From a virus, in the IMG/VR virus record IMGVR_UViG_3300047170_000049, positions 32,001-96,000 of that record: a stretch of DNA of 64,000 bases; one strand, written 5' to 3'. A program made the position numbers and the translations under genes. The notes beneath the pieces were generated by a model that was not told where the DNA came from, ran no database searches, and saw only the letters and a program-made list of their open reading frames with translations. This document shows, one piece after another, positions 55,254-64,000 of the stretch (the stretch's first letter is position 1; each line of letters starts with the position of its first letter).

Positions 55254-57274
55254 TATTCGTGCCCATGACCGTCATCTTTGTCACCTAGGGCGTTCATAAT
55301 TTGGTTGAGCATGTCTTGTGACTGAGCCTGCCAACTTTCAGTAACCTTGTCTTTGATTTGCTTATGCAATTTGAGTAACTCTCTACGATTTTTGGGTAAG
55401 CTCTTTTCAGCTTTGGTTAAGCCTTCAGACTTATTCAAAAGTTCTTGGAGTTGAGCCACTACGGAGTCAAGGTCTTGAGGTTGTTGTGGAGCGCCGCCAC
55501 CTGGTTGTCCTGGTTGACCAGGTTGGGGTGGAGGGTTAAGCATTTGCTTAACTTCTAAGTACATCTCGTCGCCAAGGTAGTAGTCGAATTCAGGATGTTG
55601 GGTCTTGTCGCCATAACCTTTATATTGCTCACCGCCAAAGGATTCGAGGATTTGTCCCTTCGTGTAGTATTTTTCAAGGATTGCAAGCCATGCAGCGTTC
55701 ATTGGGAATTCGCCTGCAAGTGGGACCTTCTGTTTTTCTACGCGGTCCATGATGTCGTTCATGTTCATGTAGATTGCAGAGTCTTGCTCTAAGCGGGTAG
55801 CTTCTTTTTCTGGTGTATCTGCATCAAGACCTTCGAGGTCGATGTAGAAAAGTTTAGCCCATTCAGGATTAATCTTGGGTAAAAGTCTTTCGTTAATGAA
55901 ATCTTCTACGCTAAGTAGTAATGGACGAAGACCAATGTCACGAGCGGCGATTAACTTCCATTCGTTATTAGCTTCTGCCATTGACTGAGAGTTCGTACCG
56001 CGTGATAGGTATGATAGAGCGGCTACTTCATCAGGTGACATTTGGAAAGCGGCGAAAATCATACGTTTAGTCAAGTCTGATAAGTATTGGAATTCCATGT
56101 CGCGGCCAGCGGCATCTAATGCAACGGTATCAACTTCGTCTTTAGTACCGATACCAAATACTGGCATACGCCAAGCAGCATTAGAAGAGTTGATATGCGC
56201 GTTCATCTGAGCACGAATCATTTCAACGTCTTCTTTGTCCAAGTTCTCAGATTTGAAAACCAGGATGTTACGAGATGCGCGACCGTTAATGAAGTACATC
56301 TTGTTATGAGTTGTAATATTGATGTGGGTTGTGATAGCATTAATAATACGGTCAAAGATGGTTACAGGATAACCTGAACGTAGAATGTCAGTTGAAGGGC
56401 TAAGGGTCCAGACTAGTAGTTCATCATCTGTAAAGAACTGTCTTGGACGTTCTTGGATAACTTGTACCCATGTGTAATCATCTTCAATGAAGCGTTCTGG
56501 GTCAACTTCGATTTTACCTTGTCCGTCAATACCATCGCGAATGCGTTGAAGTTCTACGATAGCTTGTTCACGGATAGATTGAGCGGCATCAGCTTTAGGT
56601 GCTGCGAAGTAAATAGTACCAGCATCGACGGCGCGAAAGTATTGAAACTCTTCTGAGCTTTCAGTCTTAATGATTTCAGTTGCGAACCACCCGAACGTCA
56701 AAGCATCTTCTATGATTTCTGAGAAGTATTGGGATAGGGTACGTTTTTCTTTATCTTTAAGCCCTTCGTTAGAACCACAATTGAGCATAAGTTCTTTAAT
56801 CTTAGGGACTTCTGTCTCTTTAAGCTCTTTGATTTTTTCATCACTCAAACCTTCTAAAATTTGAGGCTTGATGTTAACGGTAAAACCAACATCGAAACGG
56901 TTAGCACGAGGTCTAGCGAATGATGCAATTTGACGAGCACGAACGGGTAGGATGACGCCGCCGATAAGTTCTTCTGTATCGCGGATGCGCTTGAGCATGA
57001 TGTTTGGAATGAGCGAAGTTTTTTGTTTATAGAGACCTTCGTAATTGGAATAACCAAGCTGAGGGTCTACGTCATAAGATAGGCGAAGACTCTTCTTGAT
57101 TTTCTCATCAGAGCTTTTCTTAAGTTCGCTAAGGATTTGTGCAATTGGGTCAGCCGAATTGGTATTAGGGTCAACTTCAATTGTGGTAAATCGCTTATCG
57201 CTAGTAGGAAGCTGCTCTGCGTTTCTAGGTAACTCAGCGCCGCCTACTAATCTTTGTGTTTTATCATCGCTCAT
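55253..57274 (-). CDS. portal protein
   Basis: FRAVDAGTIY, GYP, NAAWRMPV, RDMEFQ, AAFQMSPDEV, GLRPLL. Confidence 0.9.
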   Translation of the reverse strand: MSDDKTQRLVGGAELPRNAEQLPTSDKRFTTIEVDPNTNSADPIAQILSELKKSSDEKIKKSLRLSYDVDPQLGYSNYEGLYKQKTSLIPNIMLKRIRDTEELIGGVILPVRARQIASFARPRANRFDVGFTVNIKPQILEGLSDEKIKELKETEVPKIKELMLNCGSNEGLKDKEKRTLSQYFSEIIEDALTFGWFATEIIKTESSEEFQYFRAVDAGTIYFAAPKADAAQSIREQAIVELQRIRDGIDGQGKIEVDPERFIEDDYTWVQVIQERPRQFFTDDELLVWTLSPSTDILRSGYPVTIFDRIINAITTHINITTHNKMYFINGRASRNILVFKSENLDKEDVEMIRAQMNAHINSSNAAWRMPVFGIGTKDEVDTVALDAAGRDMEFQYLSDLTKRMIFAAFQMSPDEVAALSYLSRGTNSQSMAEANNEWKLIAARDIGLRPLLLSVEDFINERLLPKINPEWAKLFYIDLEGLDADTPEKEATRLEQDSAIYMNMNDIMDRVEKQKVPLAGEFPMNAAWLAILEKYYTKGQILESFGGEQYKGYGDKTQHPEFDYYLGDEMYLEVKQMLNPPPQPGQPGQPGGGAPQQPQDLDSVVAQLQELLNKSEGLTKAEKSLPKNRRELLKLHKQIKDKVTESWQAQSQDMLNQIMNALGDKDDGHGHE

Positions 57275-57277
57275 AAA

Positions 57278-58252
57278 TTACTCTGCCGTCGCAATCGTTA
57301 CAACCAAAGTCTCAAGACTGAGGTTAGTTACACTTAAAGCGTAGGTCGTTCCATTCTTAAGATAGAGTCCTGGGGTTTCAGGACTATCGACTGTTGTGGG
57401 CTCAACTAACGTGTTATTTGAAACATCAGCATTAGCTTGAACACTGCAACGTTGTTGTGCAGCAATCATGACCCACTTTTTAGCGTTTGAATAAATTACG
57501 AATCCAGCGGCTCCAGGCATGATGCCTGATTCAATTGGAAGTCCATTTGGATTAGCTGCCGTGATTTCAATGTAATTAGGCGTTACGTTTGTAAGAACGT
57601 AGGTGCCTTGGGTGTATTGACTAAATCCAGCGGAGATTAGAAGCTTATCGCCAATTTGTGCTTGATTATTTGAAGCACCATTACTGAAGAGTAATAACAG
57701 TGTAGGGTCTAGAACCACTACAGTTTCTGCCACTGCATCAAGATTTTGAATAGAAAATGATGTTGCGTTCTTACCAATAACAGTGAACACACCTTGGTTA
57801 ACTGGGTTAAAGCCAGAACCTGCACTAATGCTAACTTGGTCACCAATTTGAAGTGTGCTGAAGTCAGGCGCTGTACCCGTTCCAGTATATGTGTAAAGGG
57901 CAATGCCACCATTTACCGTAACGGCGAATTGGGTGGTATTATCAATGCCTGTCACGCGGCTAGTTCTAAAAGCTGGGGCTGTTCCACCAGTCCAAGTAAA
58001 TCTAAAGGTGTTAAGAGCAATAGAAGGTTGGCTTACGGTAAATGCCGTAGTGCTATCAATCGCGGTATTTCTCGTACCGTTGAAGATTGATTGGGTAAAC
58101 CCTGGAGCAATTGCAAACTCTTCCGACTTAGGTCTGGTTACCGTCATGCCTAGCAAATTGTAAGAAAGGTCAGCATTTCGGATACTTGGGTTGTTATTTT
58201 GTAGCATGTCAGAGAAAGCTAAAAAGCCTAATCGTAAATTTAAAGTGCTCAA
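57278..58252 (-). CDS. putative structural protein
   Basis: T/G-rich, two IGD-x-V/L-x-I-S-AG repeats; TTG start with RBS AGGAG. Confidence 0.6.
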   Translation of the reverse strand: MSTLNLRLGFLAFSDMLQNNNPSIRNADLSYNLLGMTVTRPKSEEFAIAPGFTQSIFNGTRNTAIDSTTAFTVSQPSIALNTFRFTWTGGTAPAFRTSRVTGIDNTTQFAVTVNGGIALYTYTGTGTAPDFSTLQIGDQVSISAGSGFNPVNQGVFTVIGKNATSFSIQNLDAVAETVVVLDPTLLLLFSNGASNNQAQIGDKLLISAGFSQYTQGTYVLTNVTPNYIEITAANPNGLPIESGIMPGAAGFVIYSNAKKWVMIAAQQRCSVQANADVSNNTLVEPTTVDSPETPGLYLKNGTTYALSVTNLSLETLVVTIATAE

Positions 58253-58287
58253 GAAAGTGCTCCTTGGATAATACCGTTTTTTAATAC

Positions 58288-58318
58288 ATTAAGATTTTCA
58301 TATAACTCATTGATTTTA
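58288..58318 (-). promoter_or_regulatory. late promoter motif copy 12
   Basis: ATTAAGATTT-TCATA-TAA-CTCAT-TGATTT. Confidence 0.75.
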
Positions 58319-58322
58319 TTCA

Positions 58323-60161
58323 TTAAATTCCCCAATGAAATCCCTGCTTTTTGGATGTTTGCGTAGGGTTTGCCCCACCAGATTCCTGGGTAACCGTCTT
58401 AATTTGAGTAGAAAGCCAGTTGTCCATTTGCTTTTGAACTTCTGCACGATACTCTTCAGGGGTTTGCTCTTTTTTCTCTTCATTGTTCTTAGGGATAATA
58501 ATTTGGTTACGGCTAATCCATACGTTTTGAGCTATGTAAGACAATGCGTCATGAGAGTCATCGTCTTCTTTTACGGGGGTATCTGTAAGCTTACCTGCCG
58601 TATCGTAACTAAAGTGATAACGCTCTAAGTTTTGAATTAAAGCCTCACACTCACCCTTAAGACCATAAAGTCTAGTGCCGCCCGTGGTGGGTGCAATTTT
58701 AGAACGGATGGCGGTAATACCGTTTTCAACGCGTTTGGTGAAGTCATCATATATTCTAACGACTTTAGACAACATCTTGTTAATACCAGGCTGTGCAGTA
58801 TCTGGGTACATGACAGAGAATTTATACTCATCGTGCATCCTACCCGCTAGTTCGACTACTTCTGGGGGTTCTAGGCCAGCTTGTTCATGAACTTTAAGAA
58901 TATAAACATTTCCAACGCCATCTTCATAGGCAATAACTATAGAGGTAGGGTGAGTTACGCCGTGGTCAATACCAGCATAGCGTCTAACGCCAGCTTTGAT
59001 GAACCTATCAATAAGGTCTTTTTTGGTAACCTCAAAGCCTGGGTCTTCACCAGTAAAAATCTCCCACATCTCACGAGGGGTCTTTTCAAAATTCTCTCGT
59101 TTAAATCTTGAGTAGACCGCACCTTCTGCCGATGGTGCCATTGACATTTTTTGTGACAAGAACCATTCGACCGTAGGGGCTGATTTGAATTCTTGTATTA
59201 CTGACTTAGTAGGACGAAGTGTTTTGCAAGTTGAGGTTTGCTTCTTAAGGTCACCACCACATACGGCAGAGAGTGGGCACTTCAAACAGCCTTCAAAGCC
59301 CTGCACCGTTTCAAACTTTGCTTGTTCATGCACGGGTAATAAATCGAACTGAGCGTCAACTAAGGTTATGTTTTCCGTAACGTTGACGTGCATGGTCACA
59401 GGAACCGTCCCAGATATTTCATCAGGGCAACGCTTAGTGTTTTCTAATACAGTCCAAAACTCAAATTGAATGCCGTTAGTTTTACGGTCTTCATATTCAG
59501 TTTCAATAATAGTGTACTTACCCTTACGAGATGAAATCCCAAAATTAATCCATGGCTTGCCATCTTGGGTGTAAATTGGAATACCGCTAACGTCTTGGTA
59601 AGCTACCATTTTATCTGGGCTTAAAGACGCTAACTCATCTAATGACACTACAGGTTGGTGAGGCCCTTGAACGGCCATAGGGGAGATGGAAAGAATTTCT
59701 ACTTCCACATCTTCCCCGTTCACCATGAACTTGGAATTTTTTTGGGTCGGCTCACCAGTCAAGTGTTCCTTGACATAAGGCTTATTAGCAAATTTCCTAA
59801 AATAGGAATATGCGCGATTCGCTTGTGGAATTGTACCGCCTAAGTGTACAACCCCGCGACCAAAGTGCAAAGGCAGTAGGATAGCTAATACGGCAGATGA
59901 TAAGGTCTTTTGGCTAGAACGGCCTGCAATGAAACGAATCGTTACAGGCTCATCACCTTTTTCATCAGCACAAAATTGATAAATCTTCCAAACCATATCG
60001 AGAGGATTGGAAGTGGCAAAACGAGACACCGTGCAGTCAGCTAAGTCTACATCAAGAAAATACTTCAACCAACGTTGAAGGCCGACCTTAGAAGTAATGC
60101 GCTCTAAGAGCATTATTCGGTCGCGGTTTTCTTTTTCAGTGTCTACTACAGGGATGGTCAT
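58323..60161 (-). CDS. terminase large subunit
   Basis: Walker A AGRSSQKT, Walker B VSLDE, nuclease GIDHG, YPD, DDSHDALSY. Confidence 0.88.
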   Translation of the reverse strand: MTIPVVDTEKENRDRIMLLERITSKVGLQRWLKYFLDVDLADCTVSRFATSNPLDMVWKIYQFCADEKGDEPVTIRFIAGRSSQKTLSSAVLAILLPLHFGRGVVHLGGTIPQANRAYSYFRKFANKPYVKEHLTGEPTQKNSKFMVNGEDVEVEILSISPMAVQGPHQPVVSLDELASLSPDKMVAYQDVSGIPIYTQDGKPWINFGISSRKGKYTIIETEYEDRKTNGIQFEFWTVLENTKRCPDEISGTVPVTMHVNVTENITLVDAQFDLLPVHEQAKFETVQGFEGCLKCPLSAVCGGDLKKQTSTCKTLRPTKSVIQEFKSAPTVEWFLSQKMSMAPSAEGAVYSRFKRENFEKTPREMWEIFTGEDPGFEVTKKDLIDRFIKAGVRRYAGIDHGVTHPTSIVIAYEDGVGNVYILKVHEQAGLEPPEVVELAGRMHDEYKFSVMYPDTAQPGINKMLSKVVRIYDDFTKRVENGITAIRSKIAPTTGGTRLYGLKGECEALIQNLERYHFSYDTAGKLTDTPVKEDDDSHDALSYIAQNVWISRNQIIIPKNNEEKKEQTPEEYRAEVQKQMDNWLSTQIKTVTQESGGANPTQTSKKQGFHWGI

Positions 60162-60601
60162 TTTGCCTTTAAATCTTCCTTAAGTTGTTCATCAAGAACT
60201 TGGAGTACAACGCCTGGTTTTTCATCTCCAAAAATCTGTAAATGTGATTCGTGTACTGAGTGGACGGCTTCTGCAACTACTGATTGGACTCGCTCAACTT
60301 CTGACATACCAACGGGTTGTTGTGATTTAAAACCTGGATTGCCATTTTTAATTTCCAATTTTCCTTTAAATTCTGGACGAGGATTGGCTTTAACAATATC
60401 CAAAGGGTTGGTGTCATCTGAAGCAACTAAATTCCCACCTGTAGCTTCGATAACTGCAATAGCCATCTTAACTTCTTCCTCATCAACAACATCATGCAAG
60501 GTATTTAAAAGTTGGTTATGCGCAACAACCCTATCAAGTGAAGCTTCAGATTCTTTTTTGTACATCTCAGTGAGTTCTTCTGGTGTAGGCATCTTTGTCA
60601 T
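60158..60601 (-). CDS. hypothetical protein
   Basis: ATGA-coupled to terL. Confidence 0.6.
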   Translation of the reverse strand: MTKMPTPEELTEMYKKESEASLDRVVAHNQLLNTLHDVVDEEEVKMAIAVIEATGGNLVASDDTNPLDIVKANPRPEFKGKLEIKNGNPGFKSQQPVGMSEVERVQSVVAEAVHSVHESHLQIFGDEKPGVVLQVLDEQLKEDLKAK

Positions 60602-61188
60602 TTTTTACCTTCCTTTTCATTTATCATTTGCTCTAAAAGAGCTTCTTTAACTTGTGGTGTTAATTCTTTCTTAAATTCAGGGTCTATCTTGAAAGTTGTA
60701 ACACTATGATTTTCCGTTTTAATTTCTTGCTTTGTAATCTTGTCTTTACCCGTAATCTTTTGGAGTAAGTCGATAGCGTCTTTATAGCTCTTAAGACTAT
60801 TAATTGAATTATCTGGCAGGTCTTCTTTCTTGCCAGTTTGTAGGTACTTAATCATTTGCTCATTGTGTTGCTTATGGGCCACAGAGATTAAATTGGTTAA
60901 GTGAACTATGGACTCCAGTTCTTGCTTGGCCATCTTCTGACCTACTTGTTCTTGCAAGCCCTTAGCGTATTCATCACGCTTACGGTGCCACTCAAACTTC
61001 TCAGCGGCAAACAATACATCACCTTCAGAAATACCTTTATTAAGACGGGCAATCTCAGCACATGAGTAATTCTCAAGGAACAGTTCATAAAACTGTGCAA
61101 CTAAGGCAGGCGACATGGGTCGAATGCCAATCTTCTTATACGATTCTAAAATTTCTAATTCGCGTGGGTTAAAATTTGGCATCGTCAA
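60598..61188 (-). CDS. putative terminase small subunit
   Basis: HTH-like YSCAEIARL...W..KRDEY followed by helices; near terL. Confidence 0.55.
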   Translation of the reverse strand: MTMPNFNPRELEILESYKKIGIRPMSPALVAQFYELFLENYSCAEIARLNKGISEGDVLFAAEKFEWHRKRDEYAKGLQEQVGQKMAKQELESIVHLTNLISVAHKQHNEQMIKYLQTGKKEDLPDNSINSLKSYKDAIDLLQKITGKDKITKQEIKTENHSVTTFKIDPEFKKELTPQVKEALLEQMINEKEGKK

Positions 61189-61561
61189 TATACACTTCGA
61201 TTTTAGTGTTCTCCCAAAGCAAATGCTTGGTCCAGAGTTTTAAGTTCTTAACTGCCGCTGCAGTTTCTTTATTGTACTTAAATGTAGTTTTGAGCTTACG
61301 AGGGTCGTACTTCTTACGCTTGATAAGAGCTTCGCCCTTCTTAGTGTAGTGGTGCTTAGTCTTAAGGCGGTAAATAACCACACGAGCTTCAGTATCGACT
61401 TCAAAGGAAGCTTCTAGTGTTAACGGAGTGCAGGCATATGTGTACGCTTCCATTTGGTGAATGTGGAAATCATGTAATACGCCAAACTTAGTTAGAAGTA
61501 GTTTTCCTAGCGTCCACTTTTGTTGAGCATTTGTGGTATTACTTGCTGCAGCTTGTTCCAT
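61169..61561 (-). CDS. hypothetical protein
   Basis: Coupled ORF. Confidence 0.55.
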   Translation of the reverse strand: MEQAAASNTTNAQQKWTLGKLLLTKFGVLHDFHIHQMEAYTYACTPLTLEASFEVDTEARVVIYRLKTKHHYTKKGEALIKRKKYDPRKLKTTFKYNKETAAAVKNLKLWTKHLLWENTKIEVYIDDAKF

Positions 61562-62514
61562 ACGCCTTCCTTTAATTCTTCATTGATGTCAGCTACTTCA
61601 AACACATATTTATGAAGCGCATCTGAAATGGAGTCTGACTTTTCTAAATCAATTTTTTTGCCTGAGACTTGTTTAATATTAGGAATTATCTTTGCTTTGC
61701 CGATAAGGTCTTGGTGACGGTCGATGAAGTTGTTGTAAAACTCTTGCGTCCCGCTTACGACGATACGAATATCATCTTTCAAAAAGTTTAACCCGTCTAA
61801 GTGAATAGCCGTGTCAGAATCAACCTCTAAAGTGCGGTACGTTTTAACAAAGGGGTCTGTGCAATACTTTTCAAAGGTTCTAGTTTCGGTATCAAGAATC
61901 CAGATGAATTTAGACTGGTTAGCTTCACCAGCGGTCACTGCGCGAGGCGTACCAATATATGTTACGCCGTCAATGACCTGGTGTGAATGGATATGTCCAG
62001 ACACAATGAAGGATTGTGGAATAAGCTTTTGGTCTAAACCATCTGGCGCGTAGAAGCCGTTTTCATATTTGGACCCATCAAATGTTTGATGGCAAAGTAG
62101 GATAGCATCTGCAGGAATGCCTTTGCATACTTCGATGAACTTTTCTTTATCTGCAATAAATGGTACGCCCCACACGCCGTCAAATAATTTCGTGGCCTTA
62201 ACTACAGGGGTGCAATACCCCTCAAGGGTAAGGGACACGGCATTTAACGAATCATTAGTGGGGCCGACCATATCGTGATTACCAACTAAAACGACTGGCA
62301 CATCTTGTTGTGTTCCAGCAATACGTTCTAAGTTATTTTTATAAAATGAAATGACTTCTTGCTGAAGGATACGATGCGTATGAAACAGGTCGCCCATTAA
62401 AATGGTGCCATCAACATCACCAGCATGTAACTCGGCTAAGTCGAAAATCTTTCCCAAGTCGATTAGATTGTTTGGCTGCCCATGGGGGTCGCCTATTAAA
62501 AGTAACTTGCTCAT
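61507..62514 (-). CDS. Mre11/SbcD-like recombination nuclease
   Basis: IGDPH, MGDLFH, VGNHD, CHQ, SGHIH, YIGTP. Confidence 0.85.
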   Translation of the reverse strand: MSKLLLIGDPHGQPNNLIDLGKIFDLAELHAGDVDGTILMGDLFHTHRILQQEVISFYKNNLERIAGTQQDVPVVLVGNHDMVGPTNDSLNAVSLTLEGYCTPVVKATKLFDGVWGVPFIADKEKFIEVCKGIPADAILLCHQTFDGSKYENGFYAPDGLDQKLIPQSFIVSGHIHSHQVIDGVTYIGTPRAVTAGEANQSKFIWILDTETRTFEKYCTDPFVKTYRTLEVDSDTAIHLDGLNFLKDDIRIVVSGTQEFYNNFIDRHQDLIGKAKIIPNIKQVSGKKIDLEKSDSISDALHKYVFEVADINEELKEGVWNKLQQVIPQMLNKSGR

Positions 62515-62792
62515 TTTCTATCCACTAATACGACAAACATCTCAGGGAGAATGATGCACTTTTGGCTATCGAATTCAAAAATGTTTTTAACTGCAGCATG
62601 TGAGCTTACGTCGGAAGCCCTAACGTACACGACATCGCCAGCATCGAATTGCTTAGACTTAGCTAATACTTTAGTACCGATAAGTGCATTAGAAATCTTA
62701 TCATCTTGAACCCAACCACGACTGGGAGTAGCTTTTTCTTTATTAAAAACGAGTGGTTCAACCATTACTTGGTCATTAACTGTTAGAAACAC
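62511..62792 (-). CDS. GroES-like co-chaperonin
   Basis: NDQVMVEP...AGDVVY...IILPE.FVVLV pattern, 93 aa. Confidence 0.6.
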   Translation of the reverse strand: MFLTVNDQVMVEPLVFNKEKATPSRGWVQDDKISNALIGTKVLAKSKQFDAGDVVYVRASDVSSHAAVKNIFEFDSQKCIILPEMFVVLVDRK

Positions 62793-63772
62793 GTCTTAAC
62801 TCCCTTAAGTTTTAAAACCTTCTGTTCGATGACATTAAGCTTGTCTAAGTTACTATATAGCACATTTAGTAGTTCATTCGACTCAGTATTTACATGGGGG
62901 TTGACGAATTCTGAGTTAGGGTCTGCAGTGTAATCCCCAAGTAACTCATCTGCATCTTCCGTATTAAGTGGCTGGTCTAAGCTAGAATACTTAGTGGCTT
63001 CTACCAGTTCATCGACTTCTTTTTCAGTTAATTCAAGAATTTCAGCTATTTCTTTATTTCTTAAGTCAGGCCGAGTTTGTTTAAGCTTACGAATCTTATA
63101 AAGCTTCTTTTGATTATGCAGGCCAATGGTGGCAGAGGAAGGTGAAAAAGAATTTGCTATCAAATTTGCTAGCATACGTCCAATGGCCATGGCGTGGAAG
63201 CTTGATGAGTTTTCATCTAATACATATTTATCTACGGCCAAAACTAATGCCTCATTTGAAAGCTGCAGTATGTCGCCAAACTCAGAGTACCCCTTATAGG
63301 ATGACTTAGTGAACACCTTGGCACGGTTAAGAGCAAGGTGGAGATACTTGTTGATGATTTCTTCACGGGCAACTTTAATCTTCTCGTATAGGGCATGGAG
63401 GCGCTTATGTGGCCTTGTAACGTTCTGCACGGCAAATAATACGAACTTGTAATTAATTGGAACAGCGTACATCAATTGAGGCTTACGTTTAGAAATTGCT
63501 TCGCCAACAGTCGCCGTAAAGGTATCCTCACGGCCACGAAAGTAAGCGCGAGCCATCTTGATACCACCTTTAGTGTGGTTAATCTTCTCTATGAACTTAT
63601 CATAAACACGTTTACCATCGGCGGTGGTCTTAAGCTTCTTTGAGAACGCTATCTCCAATCCATTGAGCTTAACGAACATAGCTTCAGTATCCGTATCTGG
63701 AAGCTTCTTCAATTCTGCATTAAGCTCTTTTATGTAAATATGCACGACGTTGCTAGAGTCTTTGTCTTCCAT
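62783..63772 (-). CDS. sigma70-family RNA polymerase sigma factor (region 4 truncated)
   Basis: REEIINKYLHL, DILQ...LVLAVDKY (region 2), EIAEILEL...SLDQPL (region 3); ends at EQKVLKLKG. Confidence 0.8.
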   Translation of the reverse strand: MEDKDSSNVVHIYIKELNAELKKLPDTDTEAMFVKLNGLEIAFSKKLKTTADGKRVYDKFIEKINHTKGGIKMARAYFRGREDTFTATVGEAISKRKPQLMYAVPINYKFVLFAVQNVTRPHKRLHALYEKIKVAREEIINKYLHLALNRAKVFTKSSYKGYSEFGDILQLSNEALVLAVDKYVLDENSSSFHAMAIGRMLANLIANSFSPSSATIGLHNQKKLYKIRKLKQTRPDLRNKEIAEILELTEKEVDELVEATKYSSLDQPLNTEDADELLGDYTADPNSEFVNPHVNTESNELLNVLYSNLDKLNVIEQKVLKLKGVKTCF

Positions 63773-64000
63773 TACGATAGCCTTTGTTGTTTCGTAGATG
63801 CGATTTCTAAAAATTGAACTTCGCCAACATCTTGGTAATACCCAATTCTAATATTGGCATGACGATAGAGTAGGGGCACATTGATAATACGGAAATCTAT
63901 AATCTTACAATCCTTCTTGCCTGATGCAGGGTCAAGACGGGTGGAACGGCCAATGGCACCTTGTTTGACCTTAGTGCCTGCCTTGTTAGCCTTCCACGAA
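63772..64000 (-). CDS. SF2 (UvsW-like) helicase, C-terminal part
   Basis: KQGAIGRSTRL...KKDCKIIDF...RHANIRIGYY (motif VI); TAATG overlap with sigma gene. Confidence 0.7.
   Translation of the reverse strand, partial: SWKANKAGTKVKQGAIGRSTRLDPASGKKDCKIIDFRIINVPLLYRHANIRIGYYQDVGEVQFLEIASTKQQRLS

Noticed and set aside
1-64000. CRISPR array or mini-array
   Set aside because: The recurring motifs are dispersed single copies upstream of genes; no regularly spaced repeat-spacer run or cas gene was seen
1-64000. Stop-codon reassignment (alternative genetic code)
   Set aside because: Core genes (terL, portal, MCP, sheath, nrdJ, thyA) are full-length in the standard code, and TAG and TGA are used as true stops

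Overview
This window is a 64-kb segment of a large, AT-rich, lytic myovirus-type dsDNA phage genome in the standard genetic code. No host genes, rRNA, CRISPR array or integrase were seen. The minus strand carries a Herelleviridae-like morphogenesis module: partial SF2 helicase, sigma factor, GroES-like protein, Mre11/SbcD nuclease, terminase, portal, MuF-like protein, prohead protease, scaffold, major capsid protein, neck proteins, tail sheath and tube, and fibre-like proteins. The plus strand (5.0-17.4 kb plus four small islands) carries accessory genes, including class II RNR, dTMP kinase, CYTH, a DEDDh exonuclease and a phosphoesterase; ThyA and a deaminase lie in a minus-strand accessory block at 42.6-49.1 kb. 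Four signals stand out. (1) Late-expressed putative head-cargo polyproteins (22-40 kb) whose domains are separated by capsid-type [L/M]xK|[S/A] sites; the domains include an Acb1-like 2H phosphoesterase, an ADP-ribosyltransferase, a HipA/PI3K-like kinase, an antitoxin-like peptide, a degenerate mCpol-like domain and a lytic transglycosylase. (2) About 14 divergent, often SH3/KOW-like mini-proteins sharing a C-terminal ExxL[A/Y]xLL[F/Y] helix. (3) A 12-copy late-promoter motif with an IHF-consensus site where the -35 element would be, alongside a phage sigma factor that lacks region 4.2. (4) Four sigma-28 (FliA)-type promoters. All assignments come from reading motifs by eye; no database searches were run.
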